Origin: Candidatus Electronema halotolerans
GTDB lineage: Bacteria; Desulfobacterota; Desulfobulbia; Desulfobulbales; Desulfobulbaceae
NCBI GenBank assembly: GCA_942493095.1
Contig: OW818675.1
Coordinates: 2,880,001-2,912,000 of the forward strand
DNA length: 32,000 nt
Reading direction: 5' to 3'
Position numbers and translations under genes: made by a program. Below the pieces are notes generated by a model that was not told the DNA's origin, made no database searches, and worked only from the letters and a program-made list of their open reading frames with translations. Shown in pieces: positions 9,469 to 21,428 of the stretch (position 1 is the first letter of the stretch; each line of letters opens with the position of its first letter).

Positions 9469-10707
9469 CTACTCCTCCACCGGCTTGTTGTTGTCTCTAT
9501 CCAAGGCAAAGGCGGTGTGCAGGGCGCGCACGGCCAGCTCCGTGTATTTCTCGGCAACGATGCAGGAAACCTTGATCTCTGAGGTGGAGATCATCATGAT
9601 GTTGATGCCTTCAATGGCCATGACTTGGAACATGGTTGAGGCAATGCCGGAATGATTGCGCATGCCCACGCCGACAATGGAAATCTTGGCAATGGAGTCG
9701 TCGCCTTTCACTGACTCGGCCCCAATATCGGCGACAGTCTTTTGCAGCATCTCCATAGTCCTGGCGTAATCAGTGCGCATGACCGTGAAGGTGATGTCAG
9801 TGAGCTGCCCCTCTCTGGTGTTCTGAATGATCATGTCAACCAGAATGCCGGAACTGGAGATCGGCTCAAATATCTTTGAGGCCACGCCCGGCTGATCCGG
9901 CACGCCTTTGATGGTGATGCGGGCCTCTTTTCTGCTGTAGGTGATGCCGGAAACCAGCATTGACTCCATAATTCTCTCCTCTTCGACAACCCAAGTGCCT
10001 TCGTTTTCGGAAAAAGTGGAACGAACATGCAGCGGAACCCTGTAGCGTTTGGCCATGCCGACAGAGCGGATCTCCAACACTTTCGCGCCAAGGCTGGCCA
10101 GCTCCAGCATTTCGTCATAAGTGATCATGTCAATCTTGCGCGCCTGCGAGCAGATGTTGGGGTCAGCCGTGTAAACGCCCTCAACGTCCGTGTATATCTC
10201 GCAGGAATCCGCCTTGAGCGCGGCAGCCAAGGCCACGGCGGTGGTGTCGGAGCCGCCCCGGCCCAAGGTGGTGATCTCGCCTTGCAAAGTGACTCCTTGA
10301 AATCCGGCCACCACCACAATGCGGCCTGCGTCAAGGTGCTTGCGGATCAGCTCAGTCTCAACTTCGAGAATGCGAGCCTTGGTGTGCATGGCATCAGTGA
10401 TGATCCGCACCTGATCGCCGAGCAAGGAGACTGCGTCGCTGCCAGCCGCCTTGACCGCCATCGCAAACAGAGAAATTGTCACCTGCTCGCCGGTGGAGAG
10501 GAGCACGTCGGTTTCGCGCAGATCAGCAAGCTGCTGCATTTCTGCGGCCATGCCCAGCAGTTTGTCGGTCTGGCCGGACATGGCTGACAGCACCACCACC
10601 ATCTGATGGCCCTGCTGCTGATGCCGCAGCACCCGCTTGGCCACATTTTTGATCTTTTCCGTGGAACCGACCGAGGTTCCGCCGAACTTCTGCACTATCA
10701 GCGCCAT
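9469..10707 (-). CDS. lysC: Aspartate kinase
   Basis: MALIVQKFGGTSVGS, GRGGSDTTAVALAAAL, C-terminal ACT domains; start chosen at MALIVQKFGG. Confidence 0.95.
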   Translation of the reverse strand: MALIVQKFGGTSVGSTEKIKNVAKRVLRHQQQGHQMVVVLSAMSGQTDKLLGMAAEMQQLADLRETDVLLSTGEQVTISLFAMAVKAAGSDAVSLLGDQVRIITDAMHTKARILEVETELIRKHLDAGRIVVVAGFQGVTLQGEITTLGRGGSDTTAVALAAALKADSCEIYTDVEGVYTADPNICSQARKIDMITYDEMLELASLGAKVLEIRSVGMAKRYRVPLHVRSTFSENEGTWVVEEERIMESMLVSGITYSRKEARITIKGVPDQPGVASKIFEPISSSGILVDMIIQNTREGQLTDITFTVMRTDYARTMEMLQKTVADIGAESVKGDDSIAKISIVGVGMRNHSGIASTMFQVMAIEGINIMMISTSEIKVSCIVAEKYTELAVRALHTAFALDRDNNKPVEE

Positions 10708-10983
10708 AGCTGTCTTGCGTGGTTGAGATGAGAGCAGGGCAGATATTGCCTGCTGCCGCTGCAATGAAATTGCCCGAAAGCACACTACTTTAAAAACGAA
10801 ACCGCATTTTTGCAAGCCCAATTCACGCCGGGCAGGCGGCAGATGCGCCAGGCAAGAGAATTTTCTTTACAATTTCCCCGTCCGTTTGCACCGCGCTATA
10901 TTCCCTGCCTTTCAGCACGATTGCAGTCGGCAGGACAGCCCGTCCCGTCGGCCTTGAAAATTCAGATGCAAGGATGAAACACC

Positions 10984-12672
10984 ATGTTTTCCGCCCTCAC
11001 CACCACGATCAAAGCAAAACCCTCATTCTCCCAGATTCAATCTGAGGTGCTGGCCGGACTGACGGTCGGCATCATCGCCCTGCCCTTGTCAATGGCTCTG
11101 GCCATCGCCAGCGGGGTGCCGCCGCAGCACGGCCTGTACACCGCCATGATCGGCGGCATTGTCATCGCCCTTGCCGGCGGTTCCAGCATCAACATTTCCG
11201 GCCCGACTGCCGCCTTTGTTGTCGTCCTCCTGCCCATTGTGCAGCAGTTCGGCATCGGCGGCCTGCTTCTCAGCGGCCTGATGGCAGGCATCATTCTCAT
11301 CATCATGGGCGCGGCCAAGCTCGGCAAGTTAGTCGAGGTGGTGCCCTATCCGGTGACCATCGGGTTCACCGCTGGCATTGCCGTGGTCATTGCCACCTTG
11401 CAGATCAAGGACTTTCTCGGCCTGAGCGTGGAGCCAGTGCATGGCGAGTATGTGGCCAAAACAGCTGCCATCATCCGCGCCCTGCCCAGCATTCGGGCTG
11501 AAGACTGCATTATTGGCGTGCTGACTTTGGCCGTGCTGCTGATCTGGCCCAACTTCCGCCTCAAAGTGCCGGGGCATCTGGCGGCGGTGCTGCTCGGCTC
11601 GATTCTTGCCTGGGCAGGCAGCCGCATCAACCCTGATTTCACCGTGGCCACCATTGGCAGCCGCTTTCATTACGAGCTGAACGGCCTGACCGGCAACGGC
11701 ATTCCCCCGATCCTGCCGAGCTTTCATCTGCCGTGGAATCTGCCCGGCCCGGACGGCGCGCCGCTCGGCCTGAGCTGGAAGCTGATCCGCAATCTCTTTC
11801 CATCAGCCATTGCCATTGCTGTGCTTGGGGCAATTGAATCCCTGCTCTGCGCCGTAATTGCTGACGGCATGGCAGGCACCAAGCATGATTCCAGCGACGA
11901 ACTGATCGGCCAAGGCATCGGCAACCTGCTTGCCCCGCTGTTCGGCGGCATCCCGGCTACAGCCGCCATTGCCCGGACAGCGGCCAACATCAAGGCGGGC
12001 GGGCGCACGCCGATTGCTTCAGTGGTGCATGGCATTTTCATTCTTGCCTCCCTGCTCCTGCTTGCGCCGCTGCTTGCTTATATCCCAATGGCCTCAATGG
12101 CAGCCCTGCTCCTCATGGTGGCGTGGAACATGAGCGAGGCCAAGCATTTTATCCGCACGGTCAAGGTTGCCCCGGGCAGCGATGTAGCCGTGCTCCTGAT
12201 TTGCTTCTCCCTGACCGTGCTCTTTGACATGGTGGTTGCCGTAGGCGTGGGCATGAGCTTGGCCTCGTTCATCTTTATTCAACGGAGCATCAGTCTGACC
12301 ACAGCCACCAAGGTGGAAAACCGGAGCCAAGAGCAGGGCGGCCCGCTCTCGGCTATTTCCATTTATGAGATCAACGGGCCGCTCTTCTTCGGCTCGGCGC
12401 AAAAGGCGTTGAAGAATATTGCCGCAGCCCCGGAAGTGCGGGCAGTAATCCTTGATATGAGCAAGGTCAACATGATCGACATGAGCGCGATTATGACGAT
12501 GGAGGCAATCCGCAGAAACTTGGAGAGAAACGGAGTTGGTTTGGTGATCAACAACCTTGAGCCGCGCATGATTCTCAAGCTGCGTCGGGCCGGGCTGCGA
12601 AAGAAGGTCGGCAAGGTGGCGTTCTCGCGTTCCTTGACTGAGGGACTTGAAAAGGCGAAGGTGATGCTCTGA
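10984..12672 (+). CDS. SulP family anion transporter with C-terminal STAS domain
   Basis: GLTVGIIALPLSMALAIASGVPPQHGLYTA, GGSSINISGPTAAF, STAS segment VILDMSKVNMIDMSAI. Confidence 0.93.
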   Translation: MFSALTTTIKAKPSFSQIQSEVLAGLTVGIIALPLSMALAIASGVPPQHGLYTAMIGGIVIALAGGSSINISGPTAAFVVVLLPIVQQFGIGGLLLSGLMAGIILIIMGAAKLGKLVEVVPYPVTIGFTAGIAVVIATLQIKDFLGLSVEPVHGEYVAKTAAIIRALPSIRAEDCIIGVLTLAVLLIWPNFRLKVPGHLAAVLLGSILAWAGSRINPDFTVATIGSRFHYELNGLTGNGIPPILPSFHLPWNLPGPDGAPLGLSWKLIRNLFPSAIAIAVLGAIESLLCAVIADGMAGTKHDSSDELIGQGIGNLLAPLFGGIPATAAIARTAANIKAGGRTPIASVVHGIFILASLLLLAPLLAYIPMASMAALLLMVAWNMSEAKHFIRTVKVAPGSDVAVLLICFSLTVLFDMVVAVGVGMSLASFIFIQRSISLTTATKVENRSQEQGGPLSAISIYEINGPLFFGSAQKALKNIAAAPEVRAVILDMSKVNMIDMSAIMTMEAIRRNLERNGVGLVINNLEPRMILKLRRAGLRKKVGKVAFSRSLTEGLEKAKVML

Positions 12673-12775
12673 TCATGCTGTGAGTGTTTGCAGACAGCGA
12701 GAAATTCCTTGTCATTTCCGCAGTCATGATGGTATGTTCTGCAATGCTTCCGAACCATCACGAAAGGAGAATTTC

Positions 12776-13138
12776 ATGGACGCAACCCTTTCCCTGCACG
12801 ACAGCAGCCTGTCTGCTGAGGACATTGCCGACCTGACAGGCAGGCTGCGGCTGGACATCATTCAGGAAACTGGCTTGACCGCAAGGCAGGTTGAAACAGC
12901 GGGCGGACTTGGCACGAAAGGCGATGCTGTCACCATCGGCGCGATTGTGCTGGCTGCGCTGAGTTCTGGCGGCGTAGTCACAGACTTGCTGCAAGTGCTG
13001 AAATCCTACGTTGAGCGCAAGCCGACCTTGGAAATAGAGCTGGAAGTTGCTGGCAAGAAGCTGAAGATCAAGGCCGAGCATCTCCGCCCAGAGCAGATTG
13101 AGCAGACGCTTCAGGCGGTGCAGCAGCATTTGCATTGA
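12776..13138 (+). CDS. Small effector-associated (EACC1-like) protein
   Basis: MDATLSLHDSSLSAEDIADLTGRLRLDIIQETGL…GDAVTIGAIVLAALSSGGVVTDLLQVLKSYVERKPTLEIELEVAGKKLKI; SD gaaaggaga; immediately precedes the caspase gene. Confidence 0.7.
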   Translation: MDATLSLHDSSLSAEDIADLTGRLRLDIIQETGLTARQVETAGGLGTKGDAVTIGAIVLAALSSGGVVTDLLQVLKSYVERKPTLEIELEVAGKKLKIKAEHLRPEQIEQTLQAVQQHLH

Positions 13139-13141
13139 ACA

Positions 13142-13172
<31 letters not shown>

Positions 13173-13178
13173 AATGAA

Positions 13179-14627
13179 ATGAAAGGAAAACGCTACGCAA
13201 TCCTCATAGCTGCCAGCAAGTTCCCGGAAGAGCCGGGCCTGACTGAGCTGCGCTGCCCGGAGAACGACGTTGACGCGCTCCACGAGCTGCTGATCTCGCC
13301 GAACTGCGGCTTGTTTGACAAGAAGAATACTCTTGTCCTCAAGAACGCGCCAAGCCATGAGGTGCTGTATAAGATTGAGACCGTCTTGAATGACGCTGGC
13401 AGTGAGGACTTGGTGCTCATCTATTTTTCCGGGCATGGCAAGTTAAATGCTGCGGGGCGGCTTTGTCTGGCAACTGTGAACACCAAGCTGAGGGCACTCG
13501 GCTCGACCTCCATTGCAGCAGAGCAGATCAAGCGTTTCTTTGACACTGCCAGCACAAGGAAGAGGATTCTCATTCTTGACTGCTGCTACAGCGGCGCGGC
13601 AGGGGCGGAGTTTGTCAAAGGCGGGGTGGATGACCAGCTCCAGCTCATGTCCGGCGGGCAAGGCACCTTCATCATGACTGCTTCGACGGCGTTTCAGACA
13701 GCGGTGGAAAAGGAGGGCGACTCGAACGGCCTGTTCACCAAGCATTTGCTGGAGGGCATCCGCAGCGGCGAGGCGGACAGGGATGATGACGACCTCATTT
13801 CGGTGGATGATCTGTATGAATACGTCCATGAGAAAGTCCAGGCTGAAGGCGCGCAGGTGCCGATGAAATGGGGCCTTCAGGCCAAAGGCAAGATGATCAT
13901 TGCCAAGAGCGGCAGGGATGCGAAATGGCGGCAGGAGATGGAACGGAGTCTGCATCGCTTTGCCGCAGACGGCCTGTTGACCAGCCGCGTTGTCCATGAG
14001 GCAATACAAGTTCTGCGTATGCCGAAAAAGAAGCTGGTCGGCAGAGAACAGCAGCGCATTGTCCTGATTGAGCAAGTTATATGCAGCAGGCTCGGCATGG
14101 CTGATTTCATGGAGCAGTGGATGGACTTGCGCTGCCTTGACTGTGCCGCAGCGGCAGCGGCGCAGAGAAGCAGAACCATCGGGCGATACATTGATCATGG
14201 CGATGGCACGATCACGGACACTGAAACCGGCTTGATGTGGAAACGCTGTTTGGAAGGCTTGTCCGGCGTGAATTGTGAAGAGGGAGAGGTGAAAAGATAT
14301 AAACATGATGAGGCGGTGAAGCGTTTCAAAAATGTTGAATATGCAGGATATTCTGATTGGCGGCTGCCGACCATTGATGAACTGAAGACCTTGGTTCATT
14401 GCAGCAAGGGGAAAAACAAAGATGGCTACTGCAACGAGGGATCAAAAACACCGACGATCAATCAGCAGGCTTTTCCGAATGCTGAGGCAGAATACTTTGT
14501 CTGGTCCGGTTCGCCCTATGCGCCCAACTCGGACTATGCGTGGGGCGTCAGTTTCCTCAGCGGCGATTCCTACTACGGCGGCCGCTTCAGCTTCCTCGCG
14601 GTCCGGTTGGTGCGCGGCGGACAGTGA
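13179..14627 (+). CDS. Caspase-like (peptidase C14) protein fused to DUF1566/Lcl C-terminal C-type-lectin-like domain
   Basis: Catalytic-type motifs YFSGHG and LDCCYSG; C-terminal DGTITDTETGLMW…YAGYSDWRLPTIDELKTL…YAWGVSFLSGDSYYGGRFSFLAVRLVRGGQ. Confidence 0.9.
   Translation: MKGKRYAILIAASKFPEEPGLTELRCPENDVDALHELLISPNCGLFDKKNTLVLKNAPSHEVLYKIETVLNDAGSEDLVLIYFSGHGKLNAAGRLCLATVNTKLRALGSTSIAAEQIKRFFDTASTRKRILILDCCYSGAAGAEFVKGGVDDQLQLMSGGQGTFIMTASTAFQTAVEKEGDSNGLFTKHLLEGIRSGEADRDDDDLISVDDLYEYVHEKVQAEGAQVPMKWGLQAKGKMIIAKSGRDAKWRQEMERSLHRFAADGLLTSRVVHEAIQVLRMPKKKLVGREQQRIVLIEQVICSRLGMADFMEQWMDLRCLDCAAAAAAQRSRTIGRYIDHGDGTITDTETGLMWKRCLEGLSGVNCEEGEVKRYKHDEAVKRFKNVEYAGYSDWRLPTIDELKTLVHCSKGKNKDGYCNEGSKTPTINQQAFPNAEAEYFVWSGSPYAPNSDYAWGVSFLSGDSYYGGRFSFLAVRLVRGGQ
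14505..14615 (+). other. Candidate DGR variable region (VR) at the 3' end of the caspase-DUF1566 gene
   Basis: 18 consecutive codons at 14544-14597 all end in C or T (GGC GTC AGT TTC CTC AGC GGC GAT TCC TAC TAC GGC GGC CGC TTC AGC TTC CTC), then GCGGTCCGGTTGGTGCGC (AVRLVR); boundaries approximate, no TR/RT visible. Confidence 0.55.
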
Positions 14628-14671
14628 TGTTGTCTTTTTGCCTCTTTTGGAATTCGGCCTCGGAATCCCCC

Positions 14672-14709
14672 GCCCGGTAGGGACAATTCATGAATTGTCC
14701 CTACCGGGC
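14672..14709. repeat. Perfect 38-bp palindrome GCCCGGTAGGGACAATTCATGAATTGTCCCTACCGGGC
   Basis: 19-nt arms exactly complementary; shares GTAGGG…CCCTAC with the 13143-13170 palindrome. Confidence 0.97.
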
Positions 14710-14775
14710 ATGTCATCCGCAACGAAACAGCATTCGAGAATATATTCACAACAATCCGACCAAATGGGAATTTTC

Positions 14776-16152
14776 TCAGCACGGTGCGCTGCCGGGTGTG
14801 CGCGGGAAGGGAATCACATCGCGGATGTTGCTCATGCCAGTGACGAATTGGATCAGCCGCTCAAAGCCGAGGCCAAAGCCTGCATGGGGCACAGAGCCGA
14901 AACGGCGCAAATCCAGATACCAGCTGTATTCCTCCAAATCAAGACCTGCCTCGCGCATCCGTTTTTCCAGCATGGCCAAGCGTTCCTCGCGCTGGCTGCC
15001 GCCGACCAGTTCGCCAATGCCGGGCACGAGAATGTCCATTGCTGCCACAGTTCTGCCGTCATCGTTCTGGCGCATGTAAAACGGCTTGATGTTTTTCGGA
15101 TAATCCGTGACAATCAGCGGGCGGCCAGCAAGCTCCTCGCAGAGAAAACGCTCATGCTCGGCTTGCAGGTCTGTTCCCCATTGCACTGGAAAATCAAACG
15201 TTTTTCTGGACTGCTCCAGAGCGGCGACTGCCTCGCTGTAGCTCATGCGGGCGAATGGCTGCGCCTGCACAGCCTCCAACTTCTTCAGCAAGCCTTTGCT
15301 GACAAAGCGTTCAAAGAGATTCAGCTCCTCAGCGCAGTTGGCCAGCACAGTGCCGACCAAGTCTTTGATCAGAGCTTCGGCCACCTCCATGTCGCAGCTT
15401 AGATCACAAAAGGCCATTTCCGGCTCCAGCATCCAGAACTCAGCCAAGTGACGGCTGGTGTTGGAATTCTCGGCCCGGAAGGTCGGGCCAAACGTATAAA
15501 CCCGGCCATGTGAGAGGGCAAAAATTTCCGCCTGAAGCTGGCCGCTGACTGTCAGCCCGGCCCGGCGGCCAAAGAAATCGCTGCTAAAGGATTCCAGCCC
15601 GTGGATTTTGTCGGCAGGCAGGGCCGTGACTGTGAACATCTCGCCTGCGCCCTCGCAGTCCGAAGTGGTGATGATCGGCGTATGCACCTGAAAAAAGCCC
15701 TGCTCACGGAAAAAGCGGTGGATGGCAAAGTTCAGTTCTGAGCGGATGCGGGCCACCGCGCCAAAGGCATTGGTGCGCGGGCGCAGGTGACTGATCGAGC
15801 GGAGAAATTCAAAGCTGTGCCGCTTTTTCTGGAGCGGATAGCTATCCGGGTCAGCTAGGCCAAGGATGCTCAGGCTGTCCGCCCGCAGCTCCACGGCCTG
15901 ACCTTTGGCAGGCGAGGCGGCCAATCTGCCGCTGACCTTGACCGCGCAGCCCGTGCTCAAGCGTCTGATCTCGCTTTCATAGTTGGGCAGATTCGCCTCA
16001 GCCACCACTTGCAGCCCGGTCAGACAGGAGCCGTCCGTGATTTCGACAAAACAGAGGCTGCCAGAGTCACGGCAGGTCTTGACCCAGCCTTGGATTTCAA
16101 TGTGCTGTTCCGTCGGAGTGCTGTTGAGAATTTCTTTAACACGCAGTTTCAT
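14776..16152 (-). CDS. asnS: Asparaginyl-tRNA synthetase
   Basis: IEIQGWVKTCRDSG, FRAENSNTSRHLAEFWMLEPEMAF, GFGLGFERLIQFVTGMSNIRDVIPFPRTPG; start chosen at MKLRVKEIL. Confidence 0.94.
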   Translation of the reverse strand: MKLRVKEILNSTPTEQHIEIQGWVKTCRDSGSLCFVEITDGSCLTGLQVVAEANLPNYESEIRRLSTGCAVKVSGRLAASPAKGQAVELRADSLSILGLADPDSYPLQKKRHSFEFLRSISHLRPRTNAFGAVARIRSELNFAIHRFFREQGFFQVHTPIITTSDCEGAGEMFTVTALPADKIHGLESFSSDFFGRRAGLTVSGQLQAEIFALSHGRVYTFGPTFRAENSNTSRHLAEFWMLEPEMAFCDLSCDMEVAEALIKDLVGTVLANCAEELNLFERFVSKGLLKKLEAVQAQPFARMSYSEAVAALEQSRKTFDFPVQWGTDLQAEHERFLCEELAGRPLIVTDYPKNIKPFYMRQNDDGRTVAAMDILVPGIGELVGGSQREERLAMLEKRMREAGLDLEEYSWYLDLRRFGSVPHAGFGLGFERLIQFVTGMSNIRDVIPFPRTPGSAPC

Positions 16153-16212
16153 GGTCTTACTGAAAATTTTTTCGTCAGTTCCAGAGGCGTTCATCGCGGC
16201 GGACAAGGAAAA

Positions 16213-17028
16213 TCAGCCCAAAGCCACATCCAGAATCATCATCACTGTGAAGCCAAGCATGGTCGCCATAGTGACTGTGTCAATGTGTTCATGCCGACGC
16301 TGCGATTCTGGGATCAGCTCCTCAACAACGAGAAAAATCATCGCCCCGGCAGAAAAAGACAGGGCCAGCGGCAGAAGCAACTGAATATGGATGACAAACA
16401 GGGCACCTGCCACACCTGCAATTGGCTCAACAATACCGGATAGCTGGCCGAGAAAAAAGCTCTTGCTCCGCGACATCCCTTCCCGCCGCAGTGGCAGAGC
16501 AACTGCCGCGCCTTCAGGAATATTTTGCAGACCAATGCCCACTGCCAAGGCCAAAGCACCGCCAAAGGTGGCTGAAGGCAGTTCCGCTGCCACTGCGCCA
16601 AAGGCCACTCCCACGGCCAGTCCTTCGGGAATGTTATGCAGGGTGACGGCCAGCACCAAGAGGGTGCTGCGCTGCAACGAGGTCTTGATGCCTTCTTTTT
16701 TATCTGTCTCCAAGCCGGGATGCAGGTGCGGCAGCAGGATGTCAGCCAGCCGCATGAACAGGCCGCCGCCCATGAAGCCTGCCGCAGCGATCAGCCAAGG
16801 TGTCTGGCCAAGGTGCTCGGCCATGGCGATGCTTGGAGCCAGCAGGGACCAGAAACTGGCCGCAATCATCACGCCAGCGGCAAAGCCGAGGGTGGAGTCC
16901 ATGAATTTGGCATTGACCGTTTTGGTCAGCAGAACCAAGGCTGCCCCGGCAGCAGTGCAGCCCCAGGTGAACAGGGTGGCGGCGGCGGCCTGCATGACCG
17001 GCTCATGCAGAAGATTGGTGAATTCCAT
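16213..17028 (-). CDS. ZIP family metal transporter
   Basis: Multi-TM; LAVTLHNIPEGLAVGVAFGA and AVGIGLQNIPEGAAVALPLR. Confidence 0.92.
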   Translation of the reverse strand: MEFTNLLHEPVMQAAAATLFTWGCTAAGAALVLLTKTVNAKFMDSTLGFAAGVMIAASFWSLLAPSIAMAEHLGQTPWLIAAAGFMGGGLFMRLADILLPHLHPGLETDKKEGIKTSLQRSTLLVLAVTLHNIPEGLAVGVAFGAVAAELPSATFGGALALAVGIGLQNIPEGAAVALPLRREGMSRSKSFFLGQLSGIVEPIAGVAGALFVIHIQLLLPLALSFSAGAMIFLVVEELIPESQRRHEHIDTVTMATMLGFTVMMILDVALG

Positions 17029-17325
17029 GATTTTTCCCTTGCAGCAAATTGTTCCGCATGGTCAGGTCAGGTGGATTCAAGTTGCGCTTGCAGCTTGCAA
17101 TCCGCAGTTTGGCAGCTGCTTCCAGCATACACCTGCGTCTTGTTTTTTCCAAGATCTTTCTGAATATCAGCCGCCTGTAGAGGCCATGCGCTTATCATGC
17201 GAATTCAGGTGCCTTGACCGGCGCGGGGCTGCCAATTTTAATGCCCCCTATGGCCTTCCCATTCCCGGCAGCGGTGTGGTACAATGAGACAGAAAAAAAA
17301 AGCAAGTCCCAACCGCTCAAGCTGA

Positions 17326-17392
17326 CTGACAAAAAAAACAGTTGACTTTTTGTCAGGCATCATATAGCAGTGTTAGAAAACAACAGTTTTCT
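17326..17392. promoter_or_regulatory. Two consecutive inverted repeats upstream of the CydA-like gene
   Basis: CTGACAAAAA (17326-17335)/TTTTTGTCAG (17347-17356), and AGAAAAC (17375-17381)/GTTTTCT (17386-17392). Confidence 0.45.
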
Positions 17393-17482
17393 GTTTTATC
17401 AAACTATCTGCTGAACAAGCAGGAGCCTGCATTCCGGCAGCGGCTTGCCGACCTGTAGGTTTGACCAAAAAGGAGAAACAAA

Positions 17483-18793
17483 GTGAACGTAGATGGTGTG
17501 CAATTTCCTGTGATTGGCAACAGCATCATCATGGCGGTGGTCATTCTGACCCATGTCTTCTTCGCCTTTTTCGCGGTCGGAGGTTCTGTCTTGGCCGTTG
17601 TTGCGGAATGGTGGGGGACGAGAAAGAAAGATGATGACTATCTCCGGCTGGCTAAAAGCGTGTCCGGCTTCCTCTCGGACATGATGAAGATCAACGGAGT
17701 GCTGGGTGTGGCCATTGTCGTGCTGACCATCGGCCTCTGGAGCCAGTTTGGCGCGTTTCTTTATTCAGTCCAGTTCTGGCCCTTCTTCTTGGAAGGAGCT
17801 GATTTTCTCCTGCTGATGATTTTCGCAGTTGTTTATCATCATACATGGGATTCGGTCTCGCGGGGAATGCACATTTTTTTTGGCATCCTCACCGGCTTCT
17901 TTGCCTTGATGGCAGGCTTCCTGATCAACGGCATCTGGGCCTTCATGCTTTTTCCAGGCAAATGGGTTGAGACCGGTCTCCGCTGGGACGCATTTTTCAA
18001 TCCCATTTTATGGGAGTCAAGCATTCACATCCTGCTGCCCACGCTGATCAACGCCACGTTGATCATCTTCCTCTGGACGTACTGGAAATCCCTGAAAACC
18101 CAAGGGGCGGAGCAGGCCTATTTCAACAAGATGAACCTGTTCACGGCCAAAATCGGTGCTGTTCTGCTTTTCCTGCAGCCGCTTTCCGGCCTCAGCTTCA
18201 TGTTCAAAGTGAAGTCAGCCACAGAAGAGGCACTCAAATCGGAGGTGGTAAAAACAGTGGTTCCGTTGTCAAATCCGTGGCAGCAGATAACTGACGGCAT
18301 GGCCACGCCCTTTTTTTACACCATGATCACGCTGGGCGTGCTGGCTATGATCGGAGGCGCGCTGTACTGGGTGCAGGGGCATGAGAAAGGCCGCAAGGCG
18401 CTGGCCTTTGCCGCTTTTGCCATGTTCCTCGCCTTCTTCATGGGTGCCTTCACACGCGAACGGGCAAGAAAGCCCTATTTGGTCTGGAACAACATGTACA
18501 TGAATCAGCAATTTGTTCCCGGCAGCATTGCAGCTCCGCCTGCGCCTGCTGCCGCAGGCGAGACAGACGCACCGGTGAACGGCGAGCAAGTGCTGAAGGA
18601 TAAAGGCTGCATGAGCTGTCATGCTGGCGGCGCAGGCGCGCCATCGCTGAAGGGTCTGGCTCAGAAATATGACAAAACCACGCTGATGAACTTCATCCGC
18701 CAGCCTCAGGGAGCGGCAGCCAATATGATGCCGCCTTTCACCGGTTCAGACCAGGAACTGGATGCCTTGGCTGATCATCTGCTCAAGCAGTAA
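17483..18793 (+). CDS. Cytochrome bd-like quinol oxidase subunit I-related protein with C-terminal cytochrome c domain
   Basis: CydA-like multi-TM N-terminus (ILTHVFFAFFAVGG; SQFGAFLYSVQFWPFFLEGADFLLL; NPILWESSIHILL) and CMSCH heme c motif near the C-terminus. Confidence 0.75.
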   Translation: MNVDGVQFPVIGNSIIMAVVILTHVFFAFFAVGGSVLAVVAEWWGTRKKDDDYLRLAKSVSGFLSDMMKINGVLGVAIVVLTIGLWSQFGAFLYSVQFWPFFLEGADFLLLMIFAVVYHHTWDSVSRGMHIFFGILTGFFALMAGFLINGIWAFMLFPGKWVETGLRWDAFFNPILWESSIHILLPTLINATLIIFLWTYWKSLKTQGAEQAYFNKMNLFTAKIGAVLLFLQPLSGLSFMFKVKSATEEALKSEVVKTVVPLSNPWQQITDGMATPFFYTMITLGVLAMIGGALYWVQGHEKGRKALAFAAFAMFLAFFMGAFTRERARKPYLVWNNMYMNQQFVPGSIAAPPAPAAAGETDAPVNGEQVLKDKGCMSCHAGGAGAPSLKGLAQKYDKTTLMNFIRQPQGAAANMMPPFTGSDQELDALADHLLKQ

Positions 18794-18819
18794 GCAGTGT
18801 TGAGCCTGTAAGAATTGTC

Positions 18820-18855
18820 CCCTGACCGGAATCTCGCCGGTCAGGGATTTTTTTT
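18820..18855 (+). terminator. Rho-independent terminator
   Basis: Perfect 10-bp stem CCCTGACCGG/CCGGTCAGGG with 7-nt loop followed by A and 8 T's, just downstream of the 17483-18793 gene. Confidence 0.9.
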
Positions 18856-18859
18856 GCCC

Positions 18860-21406
<2,547 letters not shown>

Positions 21407-21428
21407 ATTTGGTTCTCCGCAGGCGGAA

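Noticed and set aside
8443-9582. 379-aa + strand ORF opposite mtaB
   Set aside because: Antisense to a clearly recognised radical SAM gene; composition typical of a mirror frame.
14573-14782. Minus-strand ORF running through the 38-bp palindrome
   Set aside because: Covers the palindrome and the antisense of the candidate VR, with no SD or domain; unlikely to be coding.
14422-15402. Long + strand ORF (326 aa) overlapping the caspase 3' end and asnS
   Set aside because: It mostly reads antisense to asnS, has low-complexity arginine/serine composition and no recognisable domain; treated as a GC-rich shadow ORF.
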